Source: Dictyostelium discoideum
Taxonomy: Eukaryota
Assembly (NCBI GenBank): GCA_000004695.1
Contig: CM000151.3
Coordinates: 96,001-160,000, forward strand
DNA length: 64,000 nucleotides
Direction of reading: 5' to 3'
Within the stretch, counting starts at the first letter, position 1; each line of letters begins with the position of its first letter. The translations under genes were made by a program, and so were the position numbers. The notes under the pieces were generated by a model, which saw only the letters and a program-made list of their open reading frames with translations, made no database searches and had not been told where the DNA came from. This document shows, piece after piece, positions 10,717 to 22,040 of this stretch.

Positions 10717-11090
10717 TTTTATGATTTTATTGAATGAATTAGTATTTTCTTTTCGTTCATGTTCTTCTTCATATTCTCTTTTTCTTTTTTTTACAATTTT
10801 AATCCTTTCAATTATTTCTTGTTTATTTAAGTGATTTATTTCTATACAATATGATTTTGCAATTTCTTTAATTGATTTTAAATTCTTTTTCTCTAATTCA
10901 CAATTATTATCATTATCTTTATCATCTTATTAATTAAAGATGATAAAAATAATTTAAATATATAAATTATTTTTCATTGTTGTGGTGGTGGGGGAAATTA
11001 AAAAATAAAAAAAAAAAAAAAAATATAAAAAAAAAAATAAAAAAAAAAAAACAAATAAAAAACATTTTTGTTGTGTAACGGATTTTATTT

Positions 11091-11137
<47 letters not shown>

Positions 11138-11779
11138 TTTTTACTATTTTATTAAATATTTATTTCTTTGTTTGAATATTATTTTTAAACGAATTCAAAT
11201 GACTACATAACCCCTGTAGCCCACAAATCCGGCTATTCGTCTTACAGGGCCTATTAGCCGCTTACAGGGGTTGTGTAATTAATATTTATTTATATTTTTA
11301 TTATGGGCTAATTCTTTTTTTATTATTTAATGATAATTTATATTAAAATATGATATATTATTAATTAATATTTAATATTAATTTGTTAAATATTTTATTA
11401 AATTATAATCTCTTTATAAAAAGTGAGAAATTACTGTCATAAAATATCTAATAAAAAAATAAATTTTCTAAAAATTTTTTTTCCAGCGAATAATAAAAAA
11501 AAAAAAACTATTTTGGTTAACCATGGGGTGATTTATTGTAATTTTTTAATAATTTTAGTTCTGTTTTTTTTTTTTAAATAGAGATATCAGAGATTATTAT
11601 GATATTTTGAATAATTGGATCATAGTAATAAACAATATTTTTAATTTTTTTCTTTTTTTTTTTTCTTTTCATTCTTTTTTTTTTAGTACTTAATCTTTAT
11701 TTTTTTCATCTTTCAAAATAAAAAAAAAATATTTATATAAATTTTAACTTTAAATTAAAATAAATAAATAAATTTTAAA

Positions 11780-12202
11780 ATGACTGAAAAAATGCATGAA
11801 TTGAAAATTACAATATTTACTGATAAAGGGAGATCAACAATAAGTGGTATAGGTAAGTTAATTAGAATTATTAATTTATAAATATTTAATTTTGGTTTTT
11901 TTATTAAAAAATGTAACATTTAATTTCATTCTTCTGGCTTTTTTAAAAATATAGATTTTCCTCTACCTGTATTACCTTATCCTGCTCCATATACTTTTAG
12001 ATTATATGGATACAAAATTGAAGGCCCAAATTTAACCAATAAAGAATTTAAAGTAAAAACAGGTAAAATTGAATACAAAGGAGAAGAATTTGATATTCCT
12101 CCATCATCTAAGGGCTCATGGAGAGGAGTAGATGAAGAAATGGATTTAACCTATGTTACAATATATCCAAGTAGACAACCAAAAAAAGTTTTTCATTATT
12201 AG
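11780..12202 (+). CDS. Small conserved hypothetical protein (106 aa), paralog 2. Exons 11780..11852 and 11955..12202.
   Basis: Same structure as 6030..6452. Protein: MTEKMHELKITIFTDKGRSTISGIG/DFPLPVLPYPAPYTFRLYGYKIEGPNLTNKEFKVKTGKIEYKGEEFDIPPSSKGSWRGVDEEMDLTYVTIYPSRQPKKVFHY. Confidence 0.5.
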
Positions 12203-12409
12203 ATCTTAAAAACAGATCTGAAACAATTAAAACAAAAATAAAAAATTTTAAAATTTTTTCATAATTGAATTGATATAAAAAAATAATTATTATTAAAAAA
12301 AAAATATGTGTGGAAAAAAAAAAAATTAAAAATAAAAAATATATTTGTTTATGGTGTTATGTTTTTTGGTAAGGTTTAAAGTGATCAAAAAATTATCATT
12401 CAAACTTGT

Positions 12410-12625
12410 ATACCAGTGTTCGACCTTTTTCCACTTTTGGAAAAAAAGGGTGTTTTTTTTAATTTCCCTTCCATTCCATGTTTTTTTTAAAAACTTCCAT
12501 ATTAATATAATATTTTTTCCATTTTTTTTTTTTCAATTAACCAGGGAAGGCCGAAATTTTTTTTTTTATTTTTTTTTTGTAATATCTTAATAAACGTTTA
12601 TTAATTAAAAAAAAAAAAAAAAAAA
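12410..12625 (+). mobile_element. ~215-bp insertion present only in duplication copy B. It ends in AATAAA followed by a 23-nt poly(A), which is the signature of a retroposed (SINE- or processed-transcript-like) insert.
   Basis: Copy A at 6625..6640 (caaacttgtaaaaaaacaataataat) is uninterrupted. Copy B reads caaacttgtat|accagtgttcgacc...aataaacgtttattaatt(a)23|gtaaaatgataaataat...caataataat. Confidence 0.3.
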
Positions 12626-12727
12626 AAAGTAAAATGATAAATAATATTAATAAAAAAACAATAATAATAAATAATAATTTAAAAACAAAATAAAGATTAA
12701 TTTGCATTATCCAATTTTATTTATTTA

Positions 12728-12776
<49 letters not shown>

Positions 12777-12858
12777 ATTTTGTTTAATTTGATTCGATTC
12801 TATTTTATTTTATTTGATTTGATTTGATTTGATTTGATTTGATTTGATTTGATTTTTT

Positions 12859-12899
<41 letters not shown>

Positions 12900-15096
12900 C
12901 ATTATAATCTTTTTTCCAATTATTTCCATTATATATAAATATATTGGAAAATCTTCCATTTTCCATTTTCCACCATAATTTGGATTTTTTTTTTTCCGGA
13001 AATTGGCCAACACTATTGTATACTATATTCATAACAATCTGGAAGGTTGATGGCTATATCAAGAGGATCATCAGAAGTCCATGGGAAGGGAATTTATTGG
13101 TTTCAGAAACATCATATGGATGAATGATACATTTGAAATTTAAAATATTATTATTAATTGAGGCATTTTTATTAGATTGAGTAAAAATTTTATTGTGGAA
13201 TTTTCATAATTAAAATTATTTTTTTTTTTTTTTTTAGAAATTTTTCACCTTTACATTTTCCCTATTTTTTCTTTTTTTCACCCCTGCCCCTTTTCAATTA
13301 AAAAAAAATAGTGAAAAAAAAAGTAAATTAATAAATTATAAAAAAACAAATAAAAATAAATAAATTATATTATTAATTTTATTTGAAAAATAGAATGTTG
13401 ATATTTGGTTTGATAATTTTCAAATTATTTATTAGTAATTGTAATAAATTGAAATAGAAACCTTGATTAAGAGGTACCTCATTTTATTTTATTTTTTTTA
13501 AATATAATTACTGATAGTTTTGTACTGTAATTGGTAACTCTTTATTATTGTTTTGAAAAATGGATTATTAATATGATTCTTCTAAATACTTATTATGACC
13601 TTTAATTTTAATTTCTTTAAAAAATATGTTTCTTGATTTTTGTTCTTGTTTTGTTGAAATATTATTTATTAAATTTTTAAATTCTTTAATAAATTCATCA
13701 ACTAATTCCTTGTCATAATATAATGTAAAAAAAAAAAAAAAAAAAAACTCTGTTTCTGACAACAAAACAGTCACAATTTTTTTAACTAAAAAACAAAAAT
13801 TATTATCTTATTTTAAATTTTTATTTTATTTTTTTTCTGTGTGGGTGCAAAAAAAAGCTTTTTTTTTTTTTTTTTTTTTTTTTTTGGTAAAACAAAATTT
13901 TTTTTTTTTTTTTTTTTTTTTCGCACCCCTTCATTTACTTATTTTTCTTGTTGATATCATTAAAATCAATAGTTTTTTTCAAAATGTCAAAAAGAATTAT
14001 TAATTTCAATTGGTTCATATAGATTGGGAAATTAATGAATCATTTAATAAAGACAATTATTATTAACTTTATTTATTTTAAATTGTAGATATATTCTCAA
14101 ATCCAAAAACAGGTATGGGTCATTCAAATGATGCTCTTTCACTTTTTATAAAAGCTTAAAGAGAGATTGGTTATTATCCAAATATTGATAAAGCAATTTT
14201 CACAACTACAGTCACAACTTTAGCTAAAACCACTATTGATTTAATATTCAATGAAAACAGTTGGAATCAAAATAAATCAAAACCAATTTCAATTTATAAT
14301 TTAAATGGTAATTCAATTGAATTGAAATTATTTTATAGTGTATTAGAAAACAGTTTTAAATGTAATGAAATCCAATTCGATGAATGGATTGAATTAGTTA
14401 CAAAATCAAATGGAAAATCTTCAAAAAGATATTCAACATTCCACATTCTCAATAATCAAAATTAATGAATCAATCATTTTAAATAATATTAATAATAACA
14501 ATAACTAAAATAATAAAAAATAAAAAATATCATAATCAATAGTTGGCAAACGTACACTATTAACCAATGCTTAAGTACCAGGTTGTGTTGAAAATGATCC
14601 CAAAGAATATATACCTATCACCTTGGTTTGTAATTGGAAATGAATAATCTGTATATTCTCAAATAAACAATTAATGGTGTCGTACTATCAACTGGTTTCA
14701 AATACAATACCACATTACAATCTTGTTCAGAAAGATATTATTATTTTTATATATTTTTTAAATGTTATAAATTAATTTTTCTTTGAAAAAAAAAAAAAAC
14801 AAAACAAAATAAAAAGTACTTTTTTTTTTAAATTTAATCAAATTAATGGAAAATGTCCAAACCAAATTACAAGAATTTAAAACAAATTAATAAACTATTT
14901 TTATTTGTATAATGAATTTGAAAGTTGATTTTATTTTATTTTATCATTTGATAGATGATATTTTGGTGAATAATAATGAAAATTGTGATCCAACTTTTTA
15001 ACTGCCCATGTTATAACTATATTAATGTTGTGTTGAGATCATTACAAACTATGAAGTATTTCTAGGAAAGAGATGAAGGTACTAACAAGATCTTAC

Positions 15097-16972
15097 TTTT
15101 CAAAAAGTTGATTTAACATTGACTCTTTAATAAATTGAACATCTTCATTTGTTTCAAATAAAACAAGATCAAAAAATACTACTTAATAACATTATTGGAA
15201 TCCAAATATTTAGCAACGTGACATTTTTTTAAATCTTGGTGATGAAATTTCATTTTAGAGAGTTTATCGATTGTATTGGTTACTAAAGCAATAAAATCTT
15301 GATTTTTCCAATCTTTGTCAGAAGCTGGTGACACATATGGCATCATTAAAGCTGGCTTGGAGTTCCAAGTTCCAACCTATTATAAATAGATATTAATAAT
15401 AGTTTTGATTAATACCATTTTTAACTTTGAAATAAAAAAATAACCATAAATACTTACATGTGCATCCAAACCCCAAAGTTCTCTCCACTTTTCACACTCT
15501 TTGATCAATTCATTTTCTGGTGAAATATTACATCTTGAGAATTTTAAAACGAAAACATGTCCTTCTAAAACACCAGCGGAGGCACAACATAACCATACTC
15601 TTCCATGTGCTCCTCCTTTTAAATCATATAATAAAACACATGCCTTAACTAATTTCAATGGGGTATCGATAAAATAAAGTAATTTTTTGATTTTAATGTT
15701 AACCCAAAACCATGAAGATTGAACTACTTGTATATACATTCTTTTTCCATCAAGTAAAGGGATTTCTGATTTTCTTTTAGAGTAATACATCTTAATCAAT
15801 ACAGAGTATAAAACTTTTGGTAATTGTTGATCTGAATATTTATAAACCTTAGAGCCATATAAAATACGTTTATAGGGAGTTGGTGGTAAAATATCATCAT
15901 TATCGTTCGTTTTTGTGGAATCTTGTAAATTTGAGGTTGATGTTTAAGTATCTGGTTTCTGAAGAGTGGTAGTAGATTCATTTGTTAATCCCAATTTGGA
16001 AGCTTGGGCAGATCCATCTGAAATAGGTAACCAACATACCCTCCAGCTCTCATATGTTGTTGAAATACCATAAACATCTTCCTGACCATACATTTCAGCG
16101 ATACTTAACACGTAATTCAACGTTTGGCCATGAAGCTTATCATTCTCCATAATGTTTTTACTTGGCTTTTTAACTTCAATAATACCTATAGGTAACCCAA
16201 TTGAATTTGCAAGTACCATAATATCAGGTTTCAAATCACTAACACCAAAATAGCTTGAACAATATGCATTTATACCACATGATTTGATAATGTCATTAAC
16301 TGCGGTTCTAACATAAAAAGCAATGTCGGATTCTGTGGAGTAATGGAGGTAGCTTCCGTTTCCAAGAGACCCCCATAATAAATTGTGGCATGGAATTGGT
16401 TTTATGTCTGCTAAAATTTCAAAACTTTTCGATACCAAAGTTGCAGGTTGATGATTTTTCCCAACAGATGGATTTGACATTGAGCCTGACTTCTCACCCA
16501 AAGGAGGTAAAGCATTAGCAAAAATATCCTTCTTTGGTTCTGTATTATGTAAATTGTATATTAATTAGTTAAAAAGTTTTAAAAATTAATTTATTATGAT
16601 TTAACCTACCATACAAAATATTCTTCTTTGGTTCTGTATTATGTAAATTGTATAATTAATCAGTTAAAAAGTTTTAAAAATTAATTTATTAATTATGATT
16701 TTAAAAGGGATAAACCTACCATATAAAACATAAATATGAGTTGGAATATTGTTTTCATTTAATTTGGTTTCGATATCCAATTCTTTTTCCCCCAATCCAT
16801 CACCTACTGGTTGTTTATCGAAGATTGATAAATCTTTTGTTTTATATTGTACTCCATTATCGCTAATATATTCTGCTATTATTTTTAAAACATCATATAT
16901 TCTGTTAACTGACTCAAATTTAATTTCATCTTTTTTATTATTTAAATAAACAATACAACTAAAAGAAACCAT
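15097..16972 (-). pseudogene. Copy B of the Z-family gene. It is full-length at the 5' end (exon 1 is ORF 16664..16972) but has a premature TAA and a 1-nt deletion.
   Basis: Codon TTA in copy A (..LQKPDTLTST, ~9040) is TAA in copy B at 15941..15943, splitting ORFs 15944..16501 and 15380..15799. The downstream exon reads ..NNVIK then TAG, owing to a missing A relative to copy A at ~8290. Introns carry GTAGGT/GTAAGT donors. Confidence 0.5.
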
Positions 16973-17022
16973 TATTATAGTTACTATTTAATAATATAGT
17001 TAAAAAAAAAAAAAGAAATATG

Positions 17023-17063
<41 letters not shown>

Positions 17064-17435
17064 AAAAAACTACTTTTGGAGCCAAAACAATTCCAATTAG
17101 TTTTCATTATAAAATTATATATTTCTGAAAATAGTAAATTCAATTATTGATATAAAAATAATTACTTCTAAAAATTATAATAGTATTAATAACCCTTTAA
17201 TTCTGTCGAAAATTCTTAGAATTTATAAAAAATGTAGGAAATGTTTTGTAATTAATATTATAAAAATAAATTTTAATTTATTATAAATTAATAACTTTTT
17301 TTTAGACCAAACAATTATTAATTCTTTTTAGGAAGTTTTTCTTTTTTTAAAAAATTAATAATTTATTTTTAGTTTATTCAAAATAAACCATAAAATAAAA
17401 TAATATTACATTTGATCTAAACTAATAAAAATTGA

Positions 17436-17470
<35 letters not shown>

Positions 17471-17811
17471 TTTTTTTTTTATTTTATTTATTTACAATAG
17501 TTTATTTTTGTTGATCGATTTGTTATATTATTGTCCATTTTATTGAATTTAAAAAGTGTACATTTGTGGTCTTGTGAAGATATTGTTGTAACGATGATCA
17601 GCAGCTTGAACAGAATTTAATGATTCTGAATTATTAAAAGAATTGTTATTATTTGAAATAGAGTTTTTATTTAATTTTGGTGAGTTTAAAATTTGATATA
17701 ATGATTCTATTATTAATAAAAAAAAATAAAAATCAATTAATATTTTCATTAAAAACTAAAATTTTTAAATTGTTGTGTGTGTTTTTTTTTTATAAAATAC
17801 ATACTAAATAA

Positions 17812-17868
<57 letters not shown>

Positions 17869-18620
17869 TTAATTAATACTTGAAGTTAAAAAATAAAAGG
17901 AAATGAATTTAATTTTTATAATTTTTTGAAGTTTACAAAATATTTTTTATAGTTTTATTAATTCTTTTTTTAATTTTGATGTTATTGTTATTGTATTTGA
18001 TTGAATATAAAATATTTTTTTTTTTTTTCAACAACTATTTAAGTAAGTAAATCCTTACTTGTGAAATTGAATTTAATAAATACCTTTTTGTATAAATAAA
18101 GGTAATTTGTAATTTAATGTTGACAACATTGTTAAATTACAAAATTTAAAAATAATTTAATTAAAATTAATTATTATTTTTTAAAATGTTCCCACACCCT
18201 GTCACAATCACACAAGTACATCGTATGATTTAAAACAAGTAAAAAATTATATAATTAGATTATTACTCAGTTGGATTTATGATGTAAATTTAAAACATAG
18301 AGTATATATATATCATGTATATTCGTAATAGAAGACAAGTAACAGTATTTTTATTGATATTTTTTAGTTTTCTTCAAAATAATTATTTCATTTTTTTTTT
18401 TTTTTTTTTTTTTTATTAAATCCAAAGAAAATTAAAACTTGGTATTTAAAAAAACTCTCGTTGATTAAAATAAAATCAATTCAAATTTAATATATTAAAT
18501 CAACTATATTTCAGTTTTTATTTAATTTTATTATTAAGTATAATAATAATAATAATAAAAATAAATAAAAAATAATTTAAAAAATAAAAAAAATAAAAAA
18601 TTAATTAAAAAGGATTTAAT

Positions 18621-18720
18621 TTTTATTTTTATTTTTATCTTTGTTTTTATTTTATTTTTATTTTTATTTTTATTTTTATTTTTATTTTTATTTTTATTTT
18701 TATTTTTATTTTTATTTTTA
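18621..18720. repeat. (TTTTTA)n hexanucleotide microsatellite, ~16 units; a shorter array is at 20575..20612
   Basis: Direct reading. Confidence 0.7.
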
Positions 18721-18949
18721 CTCTTATTTTATTACTTTTTTATTACTTTTTTTATTTTATTTTTTTTTTATATTTAAGGTTTTTAATTTTTATTATTTTT
18801 ACATTTTTTTGTAATGAGACCTTAATTTTAAAATGTATAGTTTTTTTTAAGTCAAAAGATTTAAATATTATGAAAATATTAAGCTCCACAAATCAATTAA
18901 AAAAATTATACTAATTTAAAAAATTATTCGGTTTTTTTGTTTTTTTTTC

Positions 18950-18985
<36 letters not shown>

Positions 18986-18999
18986 CTCCCAAACTAAAC

Positions 19000-20100
19000 A
19001 TGATAATAAATCAGCAAATTAAATTATTAAATATTTTAAAATTTTATGGTCAAAAAAAAAGTTTAGATATTTTAAATAATGTCTCAAATAAAATAAAACC
19101 ATTTATTAGTGATAAACGTTTAAAGAGATTTGAAGATTCAATTAATAATAGAAATAAAAGGTAGATTATTTTTTTTTTTTGATTTTCTATTTTTTTTTTT
19201 CTTTTTTTTTTCTTTTTACGTTAAAAAAAAATTTAAAAATTTAAAAATAATAAAATTAAATGAATTATTTAAATTATAAATATTTAAATATTTAAATAAA
19301 ATAAAAAAAAAAAAAAAAAAAAAAATAGATTTATTATAGTTTGTGAGAATTTAGATAATCCTGGTAATTTCGCAGCGGTTGTTAGATCAGCAGATGCTAT
19401 TGGTATTCAAAATTTATGTTTAATTAATGAAGGTGGTAATTTAGATTCAAATTTTGAAAAATATGATAGAGTTAGTTTAGGTTCAGGTAAATGGGTAACA
19501 GTTAATAAATACTATTCAACAACTAAATGTATAGAGAAATTAAAAGAACAAGGTTATTCAATATGGGCATCAGATTTATCTGCAACTGCATTCCAGTTTG
19601 ATCAACTTATTTTTCAACCAAATAAACTCACTCCTCAATTATCTTATTTTTTATCAGAATCAATTAAAAATGTAAATTCTTTAAATAATAATAATCAAGA
19701 AGAAGAAGAATTAATTAAAAATTTAGCTATAAATGAATTGTATAATAATAATAATAAAATTGTAAATAATAATAATAATAAAAATTTCATAAGAAATGAT
19801 GAAAAGATTGCACTAGTATTTGGTAATGAATCTAATGGTATTTCAGAATTAATGAGATCATTATCAGATAGAAGGTTTTATTTACCAATGGTTGGATTTG
19901 TAGAATCTTTTAATATTAGTGTTAGTGTTGCAATGACTTTATCTTTCTTAAAAATGCAAGGAGTAATAACTCCTGATCTATCACCATTGGATAAAATAAA
20001 ACTATTAAATAAATTTGTTTTATCCTCTATACCAAAGAATAAACTGGTTTTAGAAAAACTTGGTTTTGATAGTGATTTAATTTTAAAGTTAATAAAATAA
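19000..20100 (+). CDS. SpoU/TrmH-family RNA 2'-O-ribose methyltransferase (SPOUT superfamily), 310 aa. Exons 19000..19160 and 19329..20100.
   Basis: Exon 1 ends ..RLKRFEDSINNRNK(R) with donor GTAGAT at 19161 in phase 2. Exon 2 begins FIIVCENLDNPGNFAAVVRSADAIGIQ, the TrmH N-terminal motif. SPOUT motifs ALVFGNESNGISELM and LPMVGFVESFNISVSVAMTL are present. Confidence 0.6.
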
Positions 20101-20404
20101 TAATAATAAATTAATAAAAAAAAAAGTTAAAAATGATAAAAAAAAAAAAGATAAAAAAAAGTTAAAAAATGAAAAAGATAAAAAAAAAAAAAACCAACAT
20201 TAATGTAAAAAAAAAATAAAAAAAAAAGGTAAACAATAATTAAAGTAACTTAAAAATAATTTTTTATTAATTTTTTTTTTTTAATTAAATAAAAAATAAC
20301 ATTGGTTTTTTTTATTTTTATTTTTTTTTTTTTGAAAATATATATAGATTTACAAATGGGTTCAAAATAAAAATAAAAATGGGGAACAACAATCAAAGTT
20401 GATT

Positions 20405-20436
<32 letters not shown>

Positions 20437-21037
20437 ATTGCCCTTTGGGGTTTATCTCTTTTTATCTAAATATAGGTTCACCTTGTTGTTTATAAAAAAA
20501 ATTTATAAAAGAGAAGATAACAATTTTATTTTATTTTTTTTTTTTTTTAAAACAATTATTGTTATTACTTTTTTTATTTTATTTTTATTTTTATTTTTAT
20601 TTTTATTAATTATTTTTATTTTATTTTTTTTTTAAAATATTTTTTTATTATTTAAATATATTAAATGTTGGAATTTGATTAATAATGACGATAATTTAAA
20701 ATAAGATTTTATCGAGATATAATATTTTCATAAATCCCCATATAATTTTTTTAACAATTTTATTTTATATATTATTGGGATCATCAATTCTTTAAAAGAA
20801 TATACATAAAAAGAAAATTAAAAAAAAAAAAAAAAAAAAAAATGAAAACAAATTAAAAATATTTTTTTTTTTTTTTTTAAAAAAAAACAAATAAATCACC
20901 CCAACAGATAAAAACAAAACAAAAAAAAATAAAAAACAAAACAAAAAAAACACACTCCCATATTTACATGCATACATTAATAATTATAATCACTTTGTTA
21001 ATGTATTGTTTTTTTTTTTTTTTTTTGAAGTGTGTAC

Positions 21038-21068
<31 letters not shown>

Positions 21069-21704
21069 CAAATTCATTATACAACCACAATTACCACAAT
21101 ATATATTTATTTTTATTTTTATTTTTATTTTTTGGTTGTATATTTTTTAATATTATTATTAATATTAATAAACATTTTTTTTTAATTTATTTATTTTTTT
21201 TTTTTAAAAAAAAAAAAGTACTCATTATCTTTTTTTTTTGAAAAGTTTTATTCCTTTTTTATTTTTTTTGTTTCTTTTATTTTATTTTTTCTTTTTTGTT
21301 TTTTATACTAATAATAAATAATTATTTATTATTTCAATTTTTATTTGTATATATATACCACACACACACATTTTAAATCATAAAATTTTTAATCTATTAT
21401 AGTTTTTAATCTTAAAAAATCATACCAAAAATTTAAAAAAAGAAACAATAATAATAAAGAATAATAAAAAAAATAAAAGAATAATAAAAAAATAAAACCA
21501 AAAGAAATAATAAATAAAACAGAAAACAGAAAAAAAAAAAAAAATAAAGAATAAAAAGTAATTTTTTTTTTTTTTTTTTTATTTTTTTTTTTTTTTCTTC
21601 TTTTATTATTAATTTATAAACTCCAATTGGAAAATAATAAATTATTAATTATTTTTTTTTTTTTTTCCAGAAAGAATAAAAAAAAAAAATAAAAATAAAA
21701 TAAA

Positions 21705-21990
21705 ATGGATAGATTATTAAATTGTCCAAATTGTTTGAAAGTTTTTAATAATCCAAGACAGTTAGAATGTGATCATATATTATGTACAAGATGTATTGAA
21801 GGAGTTTATAATCCAGGTAGAACACCAATAATAAAATGTCCAGTTTGTGATAAACATTCAATAGTTATAACATCAATTGATAAATCATTTCCATTGATTC
21901 ACTGTATTGAAGAGTTATTAACTTATAAATATAAAGATTGTAACTATGATGATAGCCTTTCAATTCCATTAAATAATAGTACTGGTAGTA

Positions 21991-22040
<50 letters not shown>

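Larger units (their letters stand above)
10310..16020. repeat. Segmental duplication copy B. It is longer than copy A because of insertions at 11285-11460, 12410-12625, 13250-13400 and 14245-15000.
   Basis: See copy A. Offset grows from ~5690 to ~6940 bp across the block as indels accumulate. Confidence 0.8.

Noticed and set aside
16749-16949. ORF 16749..16949(+)
   Set aside because: Antisense of Z-family exon 1 (16664..16972 minus strand).
17549-17749. ORF 17549..17749(-), 66 aa, with hydrophobic N-terminus, and ORF-like 63598..63699(+) MNIFLIFLLVCIFYYFLVSNAIPIPIPVPIFPL
   Set aside because: Could be small secreted peptides but lie in otherwise uncoded AT-rich spacer with no splice or homology support; left uncalled.
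18621-18720. Regularly spaced short repeats as a CRISPR-like array
   Set aside because: Pure (TTTTTA)n microsatellite without spacers; eukaryotic genome.
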